This document shows positions 63,621-64,000 of a stretch of DNA of 64,000 nucleotides, one piece after another. The notes under the pieces are model-generated. The model was not told the origin of the DNA and did not search any database. It worked only from the letters and a program-made list of their open reading frames with translations. Both the position numbers and the translations under genes were made by a program. The stretch comes from Vicugna vicugna (Eukaryota): contig MU058781.1 in NCBI GenBank assembly GCA_013265495.1, forward strand, positions 10,397,009 through 10,461,008, in the 5' to 3' direction. How positions within the stretch are numbered: position 1 is the first letter of the stretch; every line of letters starts with the position of its first letter.

Positions 63621-64000
63621 TATATTAAATTTGTGTGCATTTTAAATATTAGTCATTTTCATAAAATTATTACCTTGCCACAGAATATATTTCATAATAC
63701 AGGGAGGTAATTTTGAAGGTCAGTTCTTATTTTTAAATAAAATTAGTAGTTTGAGAGCCTAGTAGGTATATATAGGTAATGTCATCGATCCTGGATTTCT
63801 GATACTATAATATTTATTATTTTCTCATCTTATTTAAGGAAATTAACTAGCCACATGATATGTGACACAAGTGGTATATTTCTTGGAAAAAAGTCTGCAC
63901 TAATTGTAATCTTAACTGAAAAGCCTTAAGATAGTTCCTCATCTTACACATTGTTTCATTTAATTCCTTTTCTGTAATGCACTGGAACTCTGATAGTTCA

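Noticed and set aside
1..64000. Inferring a host-gene strand from repeat orientation bias
   Set aside because: L1 pieces lean plus while LTRs lean minus; the signal is inconsistent and the counts are small

Overview
AT-rich, CpG-depleted mammalian nuclear DNA, most likely from a camelid. The evidence is a short tRNA-derived SINE at ~27.7 kb resembling camelid vic-1, artiodactyl-type L1 3' ends, and no Alu, B1/B2 or Bov-A elements. I find no protein-coding gene, processed pseudogene, RNA gene or prokaryotic feature; all ORFs in the track look like chance ORFs or decayed transposon frames. The window looks intergenic or deep-intronic. Much of it is old transposon debris (L1, L2, CR1/L3, MIR, MaLR/ERVL and ERV1-like LTRs, MER5-type hAT elements). 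Between the repeats lie several unique, motif-rich blocks (~7.0, 15.3, 21.2, 29.5, 31.3, 41.5, 43.3, 47.0-48.6 and 50.8 kb) that look like enhancers or promoters. The best observations are: (i) a CpG-retaining LTR cluster at 45.2-46.4 kb with two NF-Y boxes and a minus-strand splice donor, a candidate LTR-driven lncRNA promoter; (ii) a short L1 insertion at 17.8-18.0 kb carrying an apparent 3' transduction with its own poly(A) signal and target-site duplication; (iii) a long repeat-free block at 47.0-48.6 kb with repeated CCTATTCAGCC motifs and splice signals. Repeat names and boundaries come from by-eye recognition and are approximate. I see no evidence for a new biological system.
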